Assembly: GCA_964658305.1 (NCBI GenBank)
Contig: OZ210884.1
Location: 6,696,001 to 6,760,000 of the forward strand
From: Leptogorgia sarmentosa
Lineage: Eukaryota
Length of the DNA: 64,000 bases
Direction: 5' to 3'
How positions within the stretch are numbered: position 1 is the stretch's first letter; each line of letters opens with the position of its first letter. This document shows positions 49,221-60,815 of the stretch, in pieces. The notes beneath the pieces are model-generated. The model saw nothing but the letters and a program-made list of their open reading frames with translations. It did no database searches and was not told the DNA's origin. The translations under genes were made by a program, and so were the position numbers.

Positions 49221-50115
49221 TTTGTTTTCTGCATCTCATGCAACTGTAGGTGTCTGAGTCTGATTGATTACTGAACTACTGAAGCGACTGAGCTTAATAT
49301 GCTATTCATGAATCGAGCATGCAGGTGGAAGGTATTTTAATTTTTCTCACAGTAATAATATTCAGCTCAGTATGGATATGGCTATGCAAAGTGAAAATAA
49401 AAACATAGTAAATCAATAATGCATTTGAAGTAAATGAATGCAAGTTTCAATACAATGTACAGCATATAAAACATTCTTATAAATATAAATTTAACATTTA
49501 CTGCACTTTCGCTAATTGGTTATAATCTTACATTCCCGACTTAACTTCAAAAGACTGCAGCATTTTTCTCTTTGTTCATTTAATATTAAAAACTATATTG
49601 AAATAATCAAATATTAATGTGCATCAGTGAAATTACACGCCATTAAAGAAATATTATCGAAATTTAGCAAACACGTCGTGAAAATTGCGTGATATGCCCA
49701 TATATGTATGGATGTGCCACGTCATTTGTACGCCATTACCATGACGTCTAAGACGACGCTCACATCGTGTTTGCTGAATTTACCTATTAATGAGAAATCG
49801 CACGCTTGTTTAGCGAAATACCGCGCGTGAGAAGCACATTTGAAAGACTTCCGCTTGATGGAAATAATAAAATGTAATTTTAAAAAATATTAATGAATAG
49901 CAAAGTATCTTTATTTCGTCCAAATGATTCAACCAAAAGGCTAACTCATAAATAAATGGTTTTCTGTCTATAGAATTTAATGGTGTGGGCCACGCCTTCC
50001 AGCCTGCTCCCATGCATTAAAGTAATCGATTACCCCCTGGCGTAACACATTATCGATCTTATATTACAGAAAGACTATATACAGTGCGGCTGTCCTCTGA
50101 GTTCCATCTAACATT

Positions 50116-51066
50116 TTATGCCACTTGATTTTGCTCAAACGTTCTAGTTTTTCGAAAGCAATGAAAACCAACATTTCTGAGCAAAACTTTGAATGTTTTT
50201 CTGTAATTCTTCAAACGCCATGTATACACAAACGGATTAACAGAAAAATTGACGAAAAATAACGTAGTAAGCCACGTATGGACAGGATCTGCACTCCAGA
50301 GAGTGTAAGTATAATTCATGTACTCTTTAGAAACGTAGATTTTTCTCAGAAGAATCATATAGGTTCCAAGTGGAATAAGCGTTATTATTGTAATGAATGA
50401 CACCAAAAACATTGTTGTAAACAACCGTCTTTCATTTTTCAAACGAGCATTTTGTGTTCTGTTCTGTGCTGTTGTTGAAACTGCTGCCATACTCGTGAAA
50501 TATCTTGAATTATTTTTCAAAACATACGCTGCTTTACAATACATCATTGCTCCGCTAATTACCACTAATAAAACCATACCACCTCTTAAATACGGTTGCC
50601 CAATATCACCCTGATATATTGTTTCTATTGCCAAAAGTCCAATGGAAATTGACCATTGAAAGAGAATAATTATAAGAGTTACATTTCGCGAAATCCATAT
50701 TCTGTATTTACATGGATGAACACAACTCATGTAACGGTCAAATGCCATGGTAGTAATGGAACAGCAGCTAATGTAAGGTGGTAAATAAACCACAGAAAAA
50801 AGACTAAATCCATTTATACATGGCTTCCAATACTGTACCAAAAACCACAACAAGTTTGTCAAAATGTCGCTTATTGCGAGATTCATGATCAAGTGAGACG
50901 AAGAGTTTCTGAAACATTTTAAAGGATCCTTAAATAATCCAAAAACGAGCAAAATATTTGCAAAAAGTCCGATAAATATCACGAGATATCGCGGAATGAT
51001 AAATGAAATTGGGAGAGAAACCGAAGGATAAGAACACATTGATGCAAACTCCCTCATCTTGTTCAC
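50116..51066 (-). CDS. Rhodopsin-class GPCR, tandem paralogue 3 (the likely ATG start is the Met three codons into this ORF)
   Basis: GLFAN, NLAISD, FDRY, NFSVNPFVY motifs. Confidence 0.9.
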   Translation of the reverse strand: MNKMREFASMCSYPSVSLPISFIIPRYLVIFIGLFANILLVFGLFKDPLKCFRNSSSHLIMNLAISDILTNLLWFLVQYWKPCINGFSLFSVVYLPPYISCCSITTMAFDRYMSCVHPCKYRIWISRNVTLIIILFQWSISIGLLAIETIYQGDIGQPYLRGGMVLLVVISGAMMYCKAAYVLKNNSRYFTSMAAVSTTAQNRTQNARLKNERRLFTTMFLVSFITIITLIPLGTYMILLRKIYVSKEYMNYTYTLWSADPVHTWLTTLFFVNFSVNPFVYTWRLKNYRKTFKVLLRNVGFHCFRKTRTFEQNQVA

Positions 51067-51593
51067 TTCAACTCATCAATGAGCAGGTGGAAATTGTGAT
51101 ATTTAATTTTAATTTTGACAAGACGATAATTATTTATATCAGGTCAGTATATTATGTACAATATGACATTTCATATATAAAAAACACTGTATAAAACGTT
51201 ATTACAAACTTGATTTTAATTATACAGCATTTTCCAAAGTACATTTACGACTTAAACTTGAAAGCCTGCATGGAGCATTTTTCTTTGAATAAAACTTCAG
51301 TCTGCTAGAAAAAAGATTCTGCGAAGAATGAAATGAAAAATGATTTTCAGTTTTACGTAAAATTTAAAACTGTATTCTACATGTTATAGTATTTAAATGT
51401 TGATAAACAAAGAAAAGCTAGGCAACACCTAAATTTAAAGACCAATCATAATTCATAAAACTCTTTTTAATGATATTTCTTCCTATTTCTCTTTTTCTTT
51501 CAAAAAATTTAGCTGCATGCATTGTTTGTTAGTAAAGCTAGTAAGAGGGGTTGCTGCATGACTGATGTGTTTTTAGTTACTATATTCTCAATG

Positions 51594-51751
51594 CACGGAA
51601 AAGGAATGGGACTATATAGTTGTCAGATAGAAATCCATTTCTCAATTGACCCAACTAAATATTTCCCCAAATATACTTTATTTCGATTTCACATTTTTGT
51701 CAAAGCTTTAGTACTCATAGCGAAACATAATTACAAAATTTAAACTAGTTT
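51594..51751 (+). repeat. Dispersed repeat; diverged copy at ~54336-54490 in a caspase intron
   Basis: cacggaaaagga.tgggacta...gtcagatagaa...caactaaatat...actttatttcgat...aaacataattacaa at both loci. Confidence 0.7.
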
Positions 51752-52110
51752 CATACAGAATAACGAAAGTAAATCGCGTGAATATAGGTTATATAGCAAA
51801 ATGGATTTCTATCCGGGAAACTTCTGAGGGCTAATTGGCTGAAATATGAACATGAGATCAGCTGTGGCTGGATTCATGGATGTAAACAATCGTGATATAT
51901 TATACCACGATCTTGTGACCTATCATCAGAAATGATATGTATATATATATATATTCCCTGTTGGTAATATGAATATGATAGCTACTGTGTATTCGCAATT
52001 GTATAATTCATATCCTTAAATTAATGTGTGAATGACAAACGATTTCCAGAATGATTATTCTCGAGTAGGTAGATAATTGCTTGAAGAACGATAATCTGTA
52101 ATTAACGATG

Positions 52111-53088
52111 TCAAATTATGACATTTAGCTTGGATTTAAAAAAATAGGACTGTTCAAGGCTTGATACATTGCCTGTATAAATAGGATTAAAATTATATAT
52201 CAAAGCAGCTTCTTCCTCTTCAGGAGATGCAAATTTGTGGTGGTTAAGTCGAGCTTGGTTCACAAAGAAATTTGACATGAACTGCGTGACTTTAATTGAC
52301 ATATTTTCGTGAGGTATAGCTTCTCTCAAAGTCCACTCAAACGCATTCTTTTCCGGATGCCATTGGCTTGCGAAAATAGGATACTTGAATCCCTCTATGG
52401 TGGATACAAATTCCAAGCCATTTCTGTCCTTGTTTGTTGATAAAATCCTGAAAAACCTTTTCACTTTCTGATTTGTTGCGAAGCTTGAAGTCAGTAACGA
52501 GTATTGATGTTCGTTAAATGTGGTGGAAGCTGAGCTGAGGAAATGTACAAGTGAGTCGTCTATGTTGCCAAACATTTTACTGCTGCGATAATCTTGAGAA
52601 AAAATTAAAGGTAGTGTCAGATTTTCTGAATCAGTATGGGATAAAATGTTAACGTCTTCTCCGATCAGTGTGGTTAGAAATTCAAGACCAAGACAGGTTC
52701 CCCATATAGGGAAGTAATCTCCTTTGTCGAACGCAGTTTTGGCCAAATCAACAATTTGCTTTCCGATTTTAGCATAGCCAGATGTGTTCAGGTTAACGCC
52801 ACCACCAGGAAATAAAACTCCATTGATAGAGTTGAAAAGCTTCTCCGTTTCGTCTTCATTTAAGTCATTCATTATGGGCACAACTCGGGCTCCTGATGAT
52901 TCCAAATATTTGACATACGACGCAGCAATATACGACTGAGCAATTTTACCATGCGTTGCTTCACTTGCTTGGGACATAACGCCAATAATGGGACGATTGT
53001 TGAGAGTATCTTTGACATCAAACCCACGACAGAGAAGAACAACTGTTAGCCATTGTGTTACGGCAAAGAAATTCCCTACAGATGCCAT
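52111..53088 (-). CDS. GGH: Gamma-glutamyl hydrolase (peptidase C26), intronless CDS, 325 aa
   Basis: Signal peptide; RPIIG; SYIAASYVKYLESSGARVVP; INGVLFPGGG; catalytic Cys in GTCLG; QWHPEK His/Glu; LIYN. Confidence 0.95.
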   Translation of the reverse strand: MASVGNFFAVTQWLTVVLLCRGFDVKDTLNNRPIIGVMSQASEATHGKIAQSYIAASYVKYLESSGARVVPIMNDLNEDETEKLFNSINGVLFPGGGVNLNTSGYAKIGKQIVDLAKTAFDKGDYFPIWGTCLGLEFLTTLIGEDVNILSHTDSENLTLPLIFSQDYRSSKMFGNIDDSLVHFLSSASTTFNEHQYSLLTSSFATNQKVKRFFRILSTNKDRNGLEFVSTIEGFKYPIFASQWHPEKNAFEWTLREAIPHENMSIKVTQFMSNFFVNQARLNHHKFASPEEEEAALIYNFNPIYTGNVSSLEQSYFFKSKLNVII

Positions 53089-53942
53089 TTTAATTTAGCA
53101 AAGATTGAAAGCAACTTGACTTCAAGATAATGACGCAATTGTTATTGACCTTTGGTTGAACTTTGTCTAGACATGGCTTGTGACGTCATAATTTTTCGTA
53201 CAAATTTTTTACACTATAAGTCAGTGTATAGATTTGATGAATGGATGACTTGTACTTTGGAACAAGTGGGAGAAGTTATATATCGAAATTAGCAAAACTG
53301 CAAAGTTTTGTTGCGGGTTGTTGTAAAATGCGGAAATTATAACCTTGCGAAGTTGGCAAATTTGTATACTTTTGCATTACGTGTGTGAATTTCGCAACAA
53401 AACTTTGTATTTTTATCAATTCTAAGTCACCCGCTCTAGCTGTGGCAATAGACTTTGTTCTTCTTGCCCAGATTAAATTCCAAATTTATATTAGACCATT
53501 GGAGGATTGAGTTTTTATTTTGAATTGTATTGAATTGAATTACAATCTGAATGGCAGTTGAAAACAACTGAATTGTACATAGTTTCCATTTAAAACACAT
53601 GCTAAAACTAATTACAATATATGACTAGAAATTCAAGTCACTAAGATAAAAACGTTATAATTAGAACCTATGGTAACTAGAAAGTATATGTTAACTAAAA
53701 CTATTACAATTAAAAGTAATAGATTTTATGATAGGAGTGCTACTATACGTGAGGATATGACTATACTATAATAATAATATTTATAATATTTATTGATCGA
53801 GGATACCCACATCACTATACGTGTTTTTCAGTCGGGTCCCGTCCTCCAAACTATAAGGACGATATTATTCCTACTATAAGGACGTCATATGCGTTATCAG
53901 TAGTCGATTATTTTATAGCTAGTAAAAAACAACGGTAACTTT

Positions 53943-56389
53943 TTATTTCAATCCTTTAAGGGGACAAAGGTAGATTTTTTTAGTAAGGGTAACAATGGGT
54001 ACAGGACATTGTGTGAACCCTTGTCCCGTATACGCCGTAGTCACCAAACCATTCACCCTCACAATCATAGACATAACATCTTCTCTGGTGTGGTAGTTAC
54101 TGAATGTATCAACCAATGCATTGACATACCATGTTCCATCATTGCGGCTTCGGAAACTCACAAATCCTAAGGAATGAAATCAGACAAGAATAAGCTGCCA
54201 TATTTCGGTCTTAATCTTTCTTTTTGCATGTTTGAAAATTAAAATCTGCTTAACTAGAGTTTTTCTCTTTATTTGACCGTGCATAGGTTATTGGGGTTAT
54301 AATTAAAAAGCAATACTAGCCAGGTGATCTCAATACACGGAAAAGGACTGGGACTAGCTGTCAGATAGAAGTTCATTTTACGCTTGAAACAACTAAATAT
54401 CTCCCAAAAGAAACTTTATTTCGATCCCAAATTTTTATCACAGCTATAGTTCTCATAACAAAACATAATTACAATATTTCAACTTGTTCCCCTTGCGGAT
54501 TTTAAAACATTTATTTTATATAATATCAGTGTGCTCCCCTTCTTCTCGAAACCTTCGTCCTTTCATTGGGGATTCCACATTATATGATCAGGGTTAAAAA
54601 TGCTTTTTCTCTAGCAATTACGACGCAAGGTATGTACGTCTACTTTGTACGTACCTGGTGCTGTTGAATATCCAAGTAGAAAGTCAGGTTCATTTGGATC
54701 AGCAGTATGGCGAAATGTTGAATCATTTACTTCATCATACTTTAAATCACCTTCTTGTATTGCCGCATCAGCTGATGTTGTTGCATCATTGCTCGGTAGG
54801 AGTTGAGTTCCCCTGCAAGCTTGAATGAAAAAGAGCTTTGGCTTTCCTGCCAAAGATGTGCATTTTTCTGCTTTAAATCGATCTGTGATATCTTTAATTT
54901 CAAGAGATTTGGCATCTGAGCCATAAATCATACCCATATCACCGTGAGTCATAATACAACACACAAAGCAGCTCGAAGTTTCAAGTCTATCAATCTCCTC
55001 CGCCATCTTACAAACAGTGGCATAAATTTGATGAGCTTTCAAGTCAAGACTGGTCTCTACTTTAAAGCCAAGTTGTTGCCACAAGTGTTGCAATTTATCT
55101 ACATCGGTATCACATCCTTCTCGTTTTTCCAATTTCACACCATTCGCAGTTTCGCCTTCAAAATTTTTCACATTAATGATAAGTGCATAACCATACGGTT
55201 CATTCATTTCATAGCAAGAGGTTGAATCTTAAAAATAAATAAATAAATTTAATCCAGTCTGCAATAAAAACTTTGTTATTAGCAGAAAGAATGCACAAAA
55301 AACGGACTTTACTGCATCTTTAATAACTGTGGGGATATCACTATATGCATGCATAAAATGTTCAAAACGAAACTAAAAGCTAACTTTTACGTATGCGTTA
55401 CCTGGATTTAGCAATATTTTCACATGTTCGTCCTTTTCTGATTTTTCTAGAGCACCCAAACCAATGTGAGCTTCTGCTTCTTGTCGTTTATCGTTTTGTT
55501 CTTTAGCAAGTTTCAAGGCTATTTCATAACTTTCTTTTGCTTCATTATACTGATCGCTCAATTTATAAGTATTTCCTAACCAAAGGTATGCGTCTGTTTC
55601 TTGTCGTTTATCTTTTCGAACTTTTGCAGTTTCCTGGGCTTTTCTGTAGTGCTCAGTCGCAAGTTCTATCTGATCAGTTAATCTATAAGCATCTCCCAAA
55701 GCAAGATAGGCTTCAGTTTCCAGTCTTTTATCTTCCCTTTCAATCGACATTTTCAAGGCGTCTTCATAGTATTGAATTGCGGATTCATATTCTTCGTTCA
55801 ATTTATGAGCATGTCCTAACCCAAAGTAAGCCTCCGTTTCTTGTCGTTTATCTCCTCTTTCCTTCGCAACGTGTAATGACTTCAAATAGTTGTCAATTGC
55901 CTCTTGCATTCTACGGTCCAATTTATAAGCATTTCCTAGCCAAATGTAGGCTTCGGTTTCATAAAATTTATTGCTTTGCTGTTGTCCAATTTCCAAGGCT
56001 TTCTCGAAACTTTCAATGGCTTTTGCAAACTGGTTTATTAATTGATATGCATCTCCCAAACCTATATAACTTTCTGCTTGTAATTGCAGTTGATTTTCTT
56101 TTACGTTTTTAAGTTCATCCAGGCTTTTCTTATAGTAACCAATAGCAGTTTCAAAATCATTCTTCAATTTATAGGTAACGCCCAGCCGGAGAATAGCTTC
56201 CACAATTTGCTTCTTATCTCCTCGTTCTTCTGCGATTTTCAATGCTTTTTCATAATATTCAACAGCTTCTTGAAACTGGTTATCCAATTTACATATGTCA
56301 CCTAGCCCCAGGTATGCCTCTGCTTCTTGTCGCTTGTCATTGCGTTCTTCTGCCAGTTTCAATACTCTCTTGTACTTCTCGGTTTCCAT
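53943..56389 (-). CDS. TPR-repeat caspase (TPR array + caspase p20/p10), ~594 aa from the ATG at 56389; may extend further upstream
   Basis: Exons 56406(ATG 56389)-55402, 55227-54655, 54166-53943 with compatible phase-1 introns. Seven ~40-aa TPR units; GYALIIN; R-x-G-x-x-x-D; catalytic MTHG and KPKLFFIQACRG; p10 DFLLGYSTAPG|FVSFRSRNDGTWYV...QCP. Confidence 0.88.
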
Positions 56390-57250
56390 TTTGGGTCTAA
56401 CCACTCCTAGAATGAAAAATTAAGGAAATCAGAATGAAAAATTGATACGTGTATAATTATAGAGTATTGAGTATGCTGTTGGACTAATGCCATAAATTGA
56501 ATTTATATATATAACTCTCTTGTCTTCCAGAATGCAGGAAATTGTGTTTCTGGCGAACTAACTTTTTTCTACGCTACCTGACGACTTCCACTGAAAACCC
56601 GCACCTACGACGACACTTGGTTCATTTAATCTTCACACCACACAATCCCCTCCTACTAATATAGTTTTAATCTGAGCAATTTAAATTTTTAAAAATTCTG
56701 CACTTATATCGACACTTAACTACATAATTTATATCCAGTATTATGATAATATTTTTAATCGAGCCACCATATTTGTTATCTGACTTGTTTTCTAGCGTAT
56801 TTTTCGCTTCATCACACTATGTGTTGAATATTTAAAAAGTAGAGCACGAGAGGCATGTGTTTATAGTGCAATTATAATGCACGAGAAAAATACGACAAAA
56901 GCGTGCAAAACACGAGCCGTAGACGAATAACACAGCAAGGTTGACTATTTCGGTCGTTATAATGCACACGTCGTAAAAACACAATGAAAGGATACGTATA
57001 TATAAACATATTATTACAATGTTCAAATTTTCAGTAGTGAAAACTATGAGAAAAATTTGCGGCTGTTTCAGATGTCAACAAAATAAGGCATATGCACATT
57101 TCTTTGCACGAAATATACAAAATTCGGAGATTTCAAAAAACTCGTTTAGATACACGTTTGAAATGCTGATTTCAAGCAAGAAACGCTATAATTACTTCAG
57201 CTCAATGTACGTAAATACATTTGAACTAAAACAAGACGCTTTTTGAGCGT

Positions 57251-57750
57251 TAGTCTCTGGCGACGCAATTTTTTTTTCCGTATTACTGAGGCGCACACCT
57301 CATTGATGGTCGCGCACATAATTTATTAGCGTCCAGATTCTTTCACGTGATCAATTGATAATGCTAACACTTACCCAAACGGTAATTCTGACTCTAACCT
57401 TGAACACAAATAAAATTTTGAAAGAAATCTAAAGTACGCGTATATTTCAAAATAAATCCGTTCAAATGTCTTTGGCAAAACGAAAAAGAATTCGACGAGA
57501 AAAAAAGCCCTGACTGAGATCGGAGCTGGACATGTTGCACACTATTCCGCATGCTTACCACTACACCAAACACTCAAGCTGCCAGGTGTTTCATTTTAAA
57601 TCTTCATAATGCTTATTCCTAATTACTGTTCATATAATCGATGCGATATGCATATTATCCCATGCGCGCGTGCCACGAAGCAATTCGGGATTATGACGTA
57701 ATATGTCATTTCTGACCGACAACGACAGTCTGGCATACAGCCAGCGACTA
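57251..57750. mobile_element. Degenerate non-autonomous element with short TAG...CTA inverted ends and a tRNA-like internal segment
   Basis: tagtctctggc...gccagcgacta ends; terminal hairpin ctggcatacagccag; minus-strand ttggtgtagtggtaagc A-box-like stretch at ~57553-57569. Confidence 0.4.
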
Positions 57751-57871
57751 GAGTACCATGTGACCTGGAATTAAAACTCTACTTGATTTTAATCTGAATA
57801 TAAATATTAGTGCCCAGCACAAGCGATTTTTAATGCAAAGATATTAAAACCATCCAGTTTTATATAAAATT

Positions 57872-57917
57872 TATTGCTAACGTTTCGTTGCTACATCGCA
57901 ACATCATCAGAGCTATA
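57872..57917 (-). ncRNA. Minimal hammerhead ribozyme motif (Penelope-type)
   Basis: Minus strand uauagcu-CUGAUGA-u-guugc(gaugua)gcaac-GAAAC-GUU-agcaaua: conserved core, stem II, palindromic AACGUU stem III, and stem I. Confidence 0.75.
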
Positions 57918-58248
57918 GTGATAATGTAATAGTTGGTGTATCTATATATACATGATTATATGAGTTTTATATTACAAACGGTTAAAATTCAAATACAAAA
58001 GAACAAATAAGAAAAGATTTAGAAAAACAATATGTCAAAAGCAGGAATAAGTTCATTAGTTGTTACAGAGAATTAAGTGATCAGGTCAAGTTCGAGTGTG
58101 ATTAGTGATTAAAAAGTATTCCTGCTTTTGACATATTGTTTTTCTAAATCTTTTCTTATTTGTTCTTTTGTATTTGAATTTTAACCGTTTGTAATATAAA
58201 ACTCATATAATCATGTATATATAGATACACCAACTATTACATTATCAT

Positions 58249-58294
58249 TATAGCTCTGATGATGTTGCGATGTAGTAACGAAACGTTAGCAATA
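58249..58294 (+). ncRNA. Minimal hammerhead ribozyme motif (Penelope-type)
   Basis: tatagct-CTGATGA-t-gttgc(gatgta)gtaac-GAAAC-GTT-agcaata; stem II has one G-U pair. Confidence 0.75.
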
Positions 58295-59046
58295 AATTTT
58301 ATATAAAACTGGATGGTTTTAATATGTTTGCATTAAAAATCGCTTGCTGGGCACTAATATTTATATTCAGATTAAGATTCCCGCCTGGTATTTCAATTGC
58401 CACAATTCTACTTGATTTTAATCATCAGCCTACGTCTCCGCGTGCGGTCACAATGCAATGCAAAGAATGTCTTATCTTTTGTGATTTGTCATAAGTCTCT
58501 GCCTTCCTGCCAAGCTTGTTTTTGCAATTAGTAGCAATCTGTTCCTTGCTTTCTCCAAATGTTCGTGAATATTTTTGTCACGTTTTTTCGCCTTTTCAAG
58601 CAGATATTTCGTAAATTTTCCAAATTTGGCTACAGTTCTATAATGTTAAGCAACTAAATTGAGGAGCTCCATTCTCTCGTATTTCCTTAATTGTTGTTTG
58701 CTTTTATATAGCTATTTGTTTATGGTATATAGCACTGAGCAAAATCCACGAATCCGTTGCAAGTTTTATATACCCGTTTACACGTGTTGTCAGTATATAT
58801 TCGCACTCTGTTCGTGCTTAGAGCTCGTATCTCGATTTGACTCGTATAAATAGCAGCCATCATTGAATGGCTCGAACTGATATAATCAAAGATTGGGTTT
58901 ATTTAGTTTTATTTTTGTCCTGAAAATAAGTGTTGAAATCATCAATAAGTTATAATATTTCCCTATTCAGTCTAAAATAAGGAGTTCACTGCATGAATAT
59001 ACGATTAATTGAACCTATATCATGAAATATCTGTAGCTGGGATTCG

Positions 59047-59602
59047 ACATTACCAGAAATTTCAGACATGGTTGCCCTCACTTTTTGAATAAATTAACTT
59101 TACAAGTCAACAATGGTGCCGTGAAAGCTATTATAATTTACATAGCGAAGACGTTCAAAAGTTAGAATTTCTCGCCATACAAGCAAGCATAATGATTTGC
59201 CGCAATCTTATTGTGTAGAAAAATTATTATTGGGTCCCTTGATATTCTATTTATCGCAATACGTCGTGCTTGATTTCTGCTAATTCCAATTTTATAAAGT
59301 CTATCGGGCATATATAGAATTGTATGGCTTTACGCAGGTTATGAACAGACAAAATAAAATTGGAATTAGCAGGAACCAAACTCGACGTATTGCGATAAAT
59401 AGAATATCAAGGGATCCAATAATAATTTTTCTACACAATATGATTGCGGCAAACCATCATGCTTGCTTATATGGCGAGAAATTCTAACTTTTGAACGTCT
59501 TCGTTATGTAAATTATAATAGCTTTCACGGCACCATTGTTGACTTGTAAAGTTAATTTATTCAAAAAGTGAAGGCTAACATGTCTGACATTTCTGGTAAT
59601 GT
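59047..59602. repeat. Long foldback inverted repeat (~248-bp arms, ~60-bp spacer)
   Basis: Arms 59047-59294 and 59355-59602 are reverse complements with scattered mismatches; no clear TSD. Confidence 0.9.
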
Positions 59603-60554
59603 TCTTTTGAAACTTCGTGATTACAAACACATCACATAAGAATATCCGTTTTCTCATAGTTGTTTAGGAGTTGAGAAAGAAGAGAATTCTATGAAGAACA
59701 TTTACGTAAAGCTATGTAGCAAAATAGATGTCAGCAGCTATATGTGGTCTTATCTTCGACTGAGCATTTAAAACAATTATGCTGAATGTTGTTGGTTTTA
59801 AAGCTTGATTTGTATTTCGTAAGAATTAATACTTGAATCACCTTCTAGAGTTGAAATGATGGTTATTGTAATATAATTCGTAGAACTTACCCCAACTAAT
59901 CTGAAATCTAATATAAGACAAAAACACTTGCCTATACCAATTATTAATATTTGCTTACGATCAACACTTACCAGAATAGAGATGAACAATCGCAAACTTT
60001 ATCGGTGGAATAGAATTGTGGTCTTTATTAATAAGATGTACAATATATCGCAAAGTTCTTTATGAATGCTGAATGGTAGAACAGGAAAGTGGAGAATGTT
60101 ATATTTGTTTATCGTATAACGCCGTTATGTATGAACACGTAGCAAACCCTATGTGCATTTTTGATGCACTTACTTGGAAGAGTGATTTTGATTACTTTCA
60201 ATTTCGTTTGACCAATGAACAATGAGAATACGTCGTTCTTAAGAAAACCTTTGCCCAATTGGGGAAGAGCTACCCAGGAAGTGCTAACAATACACAATCA
60301 TTAGGGTGCAGCCGTACGAAAAAATTATTTACTGGAATTATTACTTCTGCTGTTCTGCATGCAACTGTCTCGTTCAACGTTTTACCTTTTGAGAAGTGCA
60401 CACTTGTCAAACTTTTCGATCAAACACAGTTTGCTATTGAAATCAAAATTATGTATTAAAAGTATTAGTGTATATAGTGACCTGCCAGTACTGTAAACCA
60501 GTAGAGGTATGCCTGCATGTGTTTTCCGGAAATCGCCATGGTACTGCGTACTGA

Positions 60555-60815
60555 ATTCGTTGTCTTCAGCGGTATTTGAACTCGCATCTTCGGGTATCTT
60601 CACCGCCGCTGTACAATTGAGCTATCGAGTCAACTGGGATTAGTAGTGAGTGACGGCTTGTAACCGCTTGTCTTTGAGGACGCTCAGTGTTTCAATTATA
60701 TTTTAGAACAATCCTGAGAGACATGAAAAACTAGATTCATATTAATTTGACACTGCAGAAGAACAACGAAAAATTCGTTGTCTCGAGCGGGATTTGAACT
60801 CGGATACCAGACGCA
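60555..60815 (-). repeat. tRNA-derived SINE-like units (two degenerate heads in tandem)
   Basis: Minus strand gactcgaTAGCTCAATTG...gaGTTCAAATACcgctgaagacaacgaatt (~60632-60555) and gaGTTCAAATCCcgctcgagacaacgaatt (~60802-60773): Pol III A/B-box-like motifs without an intact cloverleaf. Confidence 0.6.

Larger units (their letters stand above)
57795..58406 (+). mobile_element. Penelope-like retroelement remnant: inverted pseudo-LTR pair with a 3' tail
   Basis: Inverted arms 57789-58049 and 58117-58375; unique ~31-nt tail 58376-58406; 17-bp direct repeat tctacttgattttaatc at 57778-57794 and 58407-58423; a hammerhead motif in each arm. Confidence 0.8.

Noticed and set aside
60555..60635. tRNA gene
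   Set aside because: A/B-box-like motifs are present but the acceptor and anticodon stems do not pair; treated as SINE-derived.
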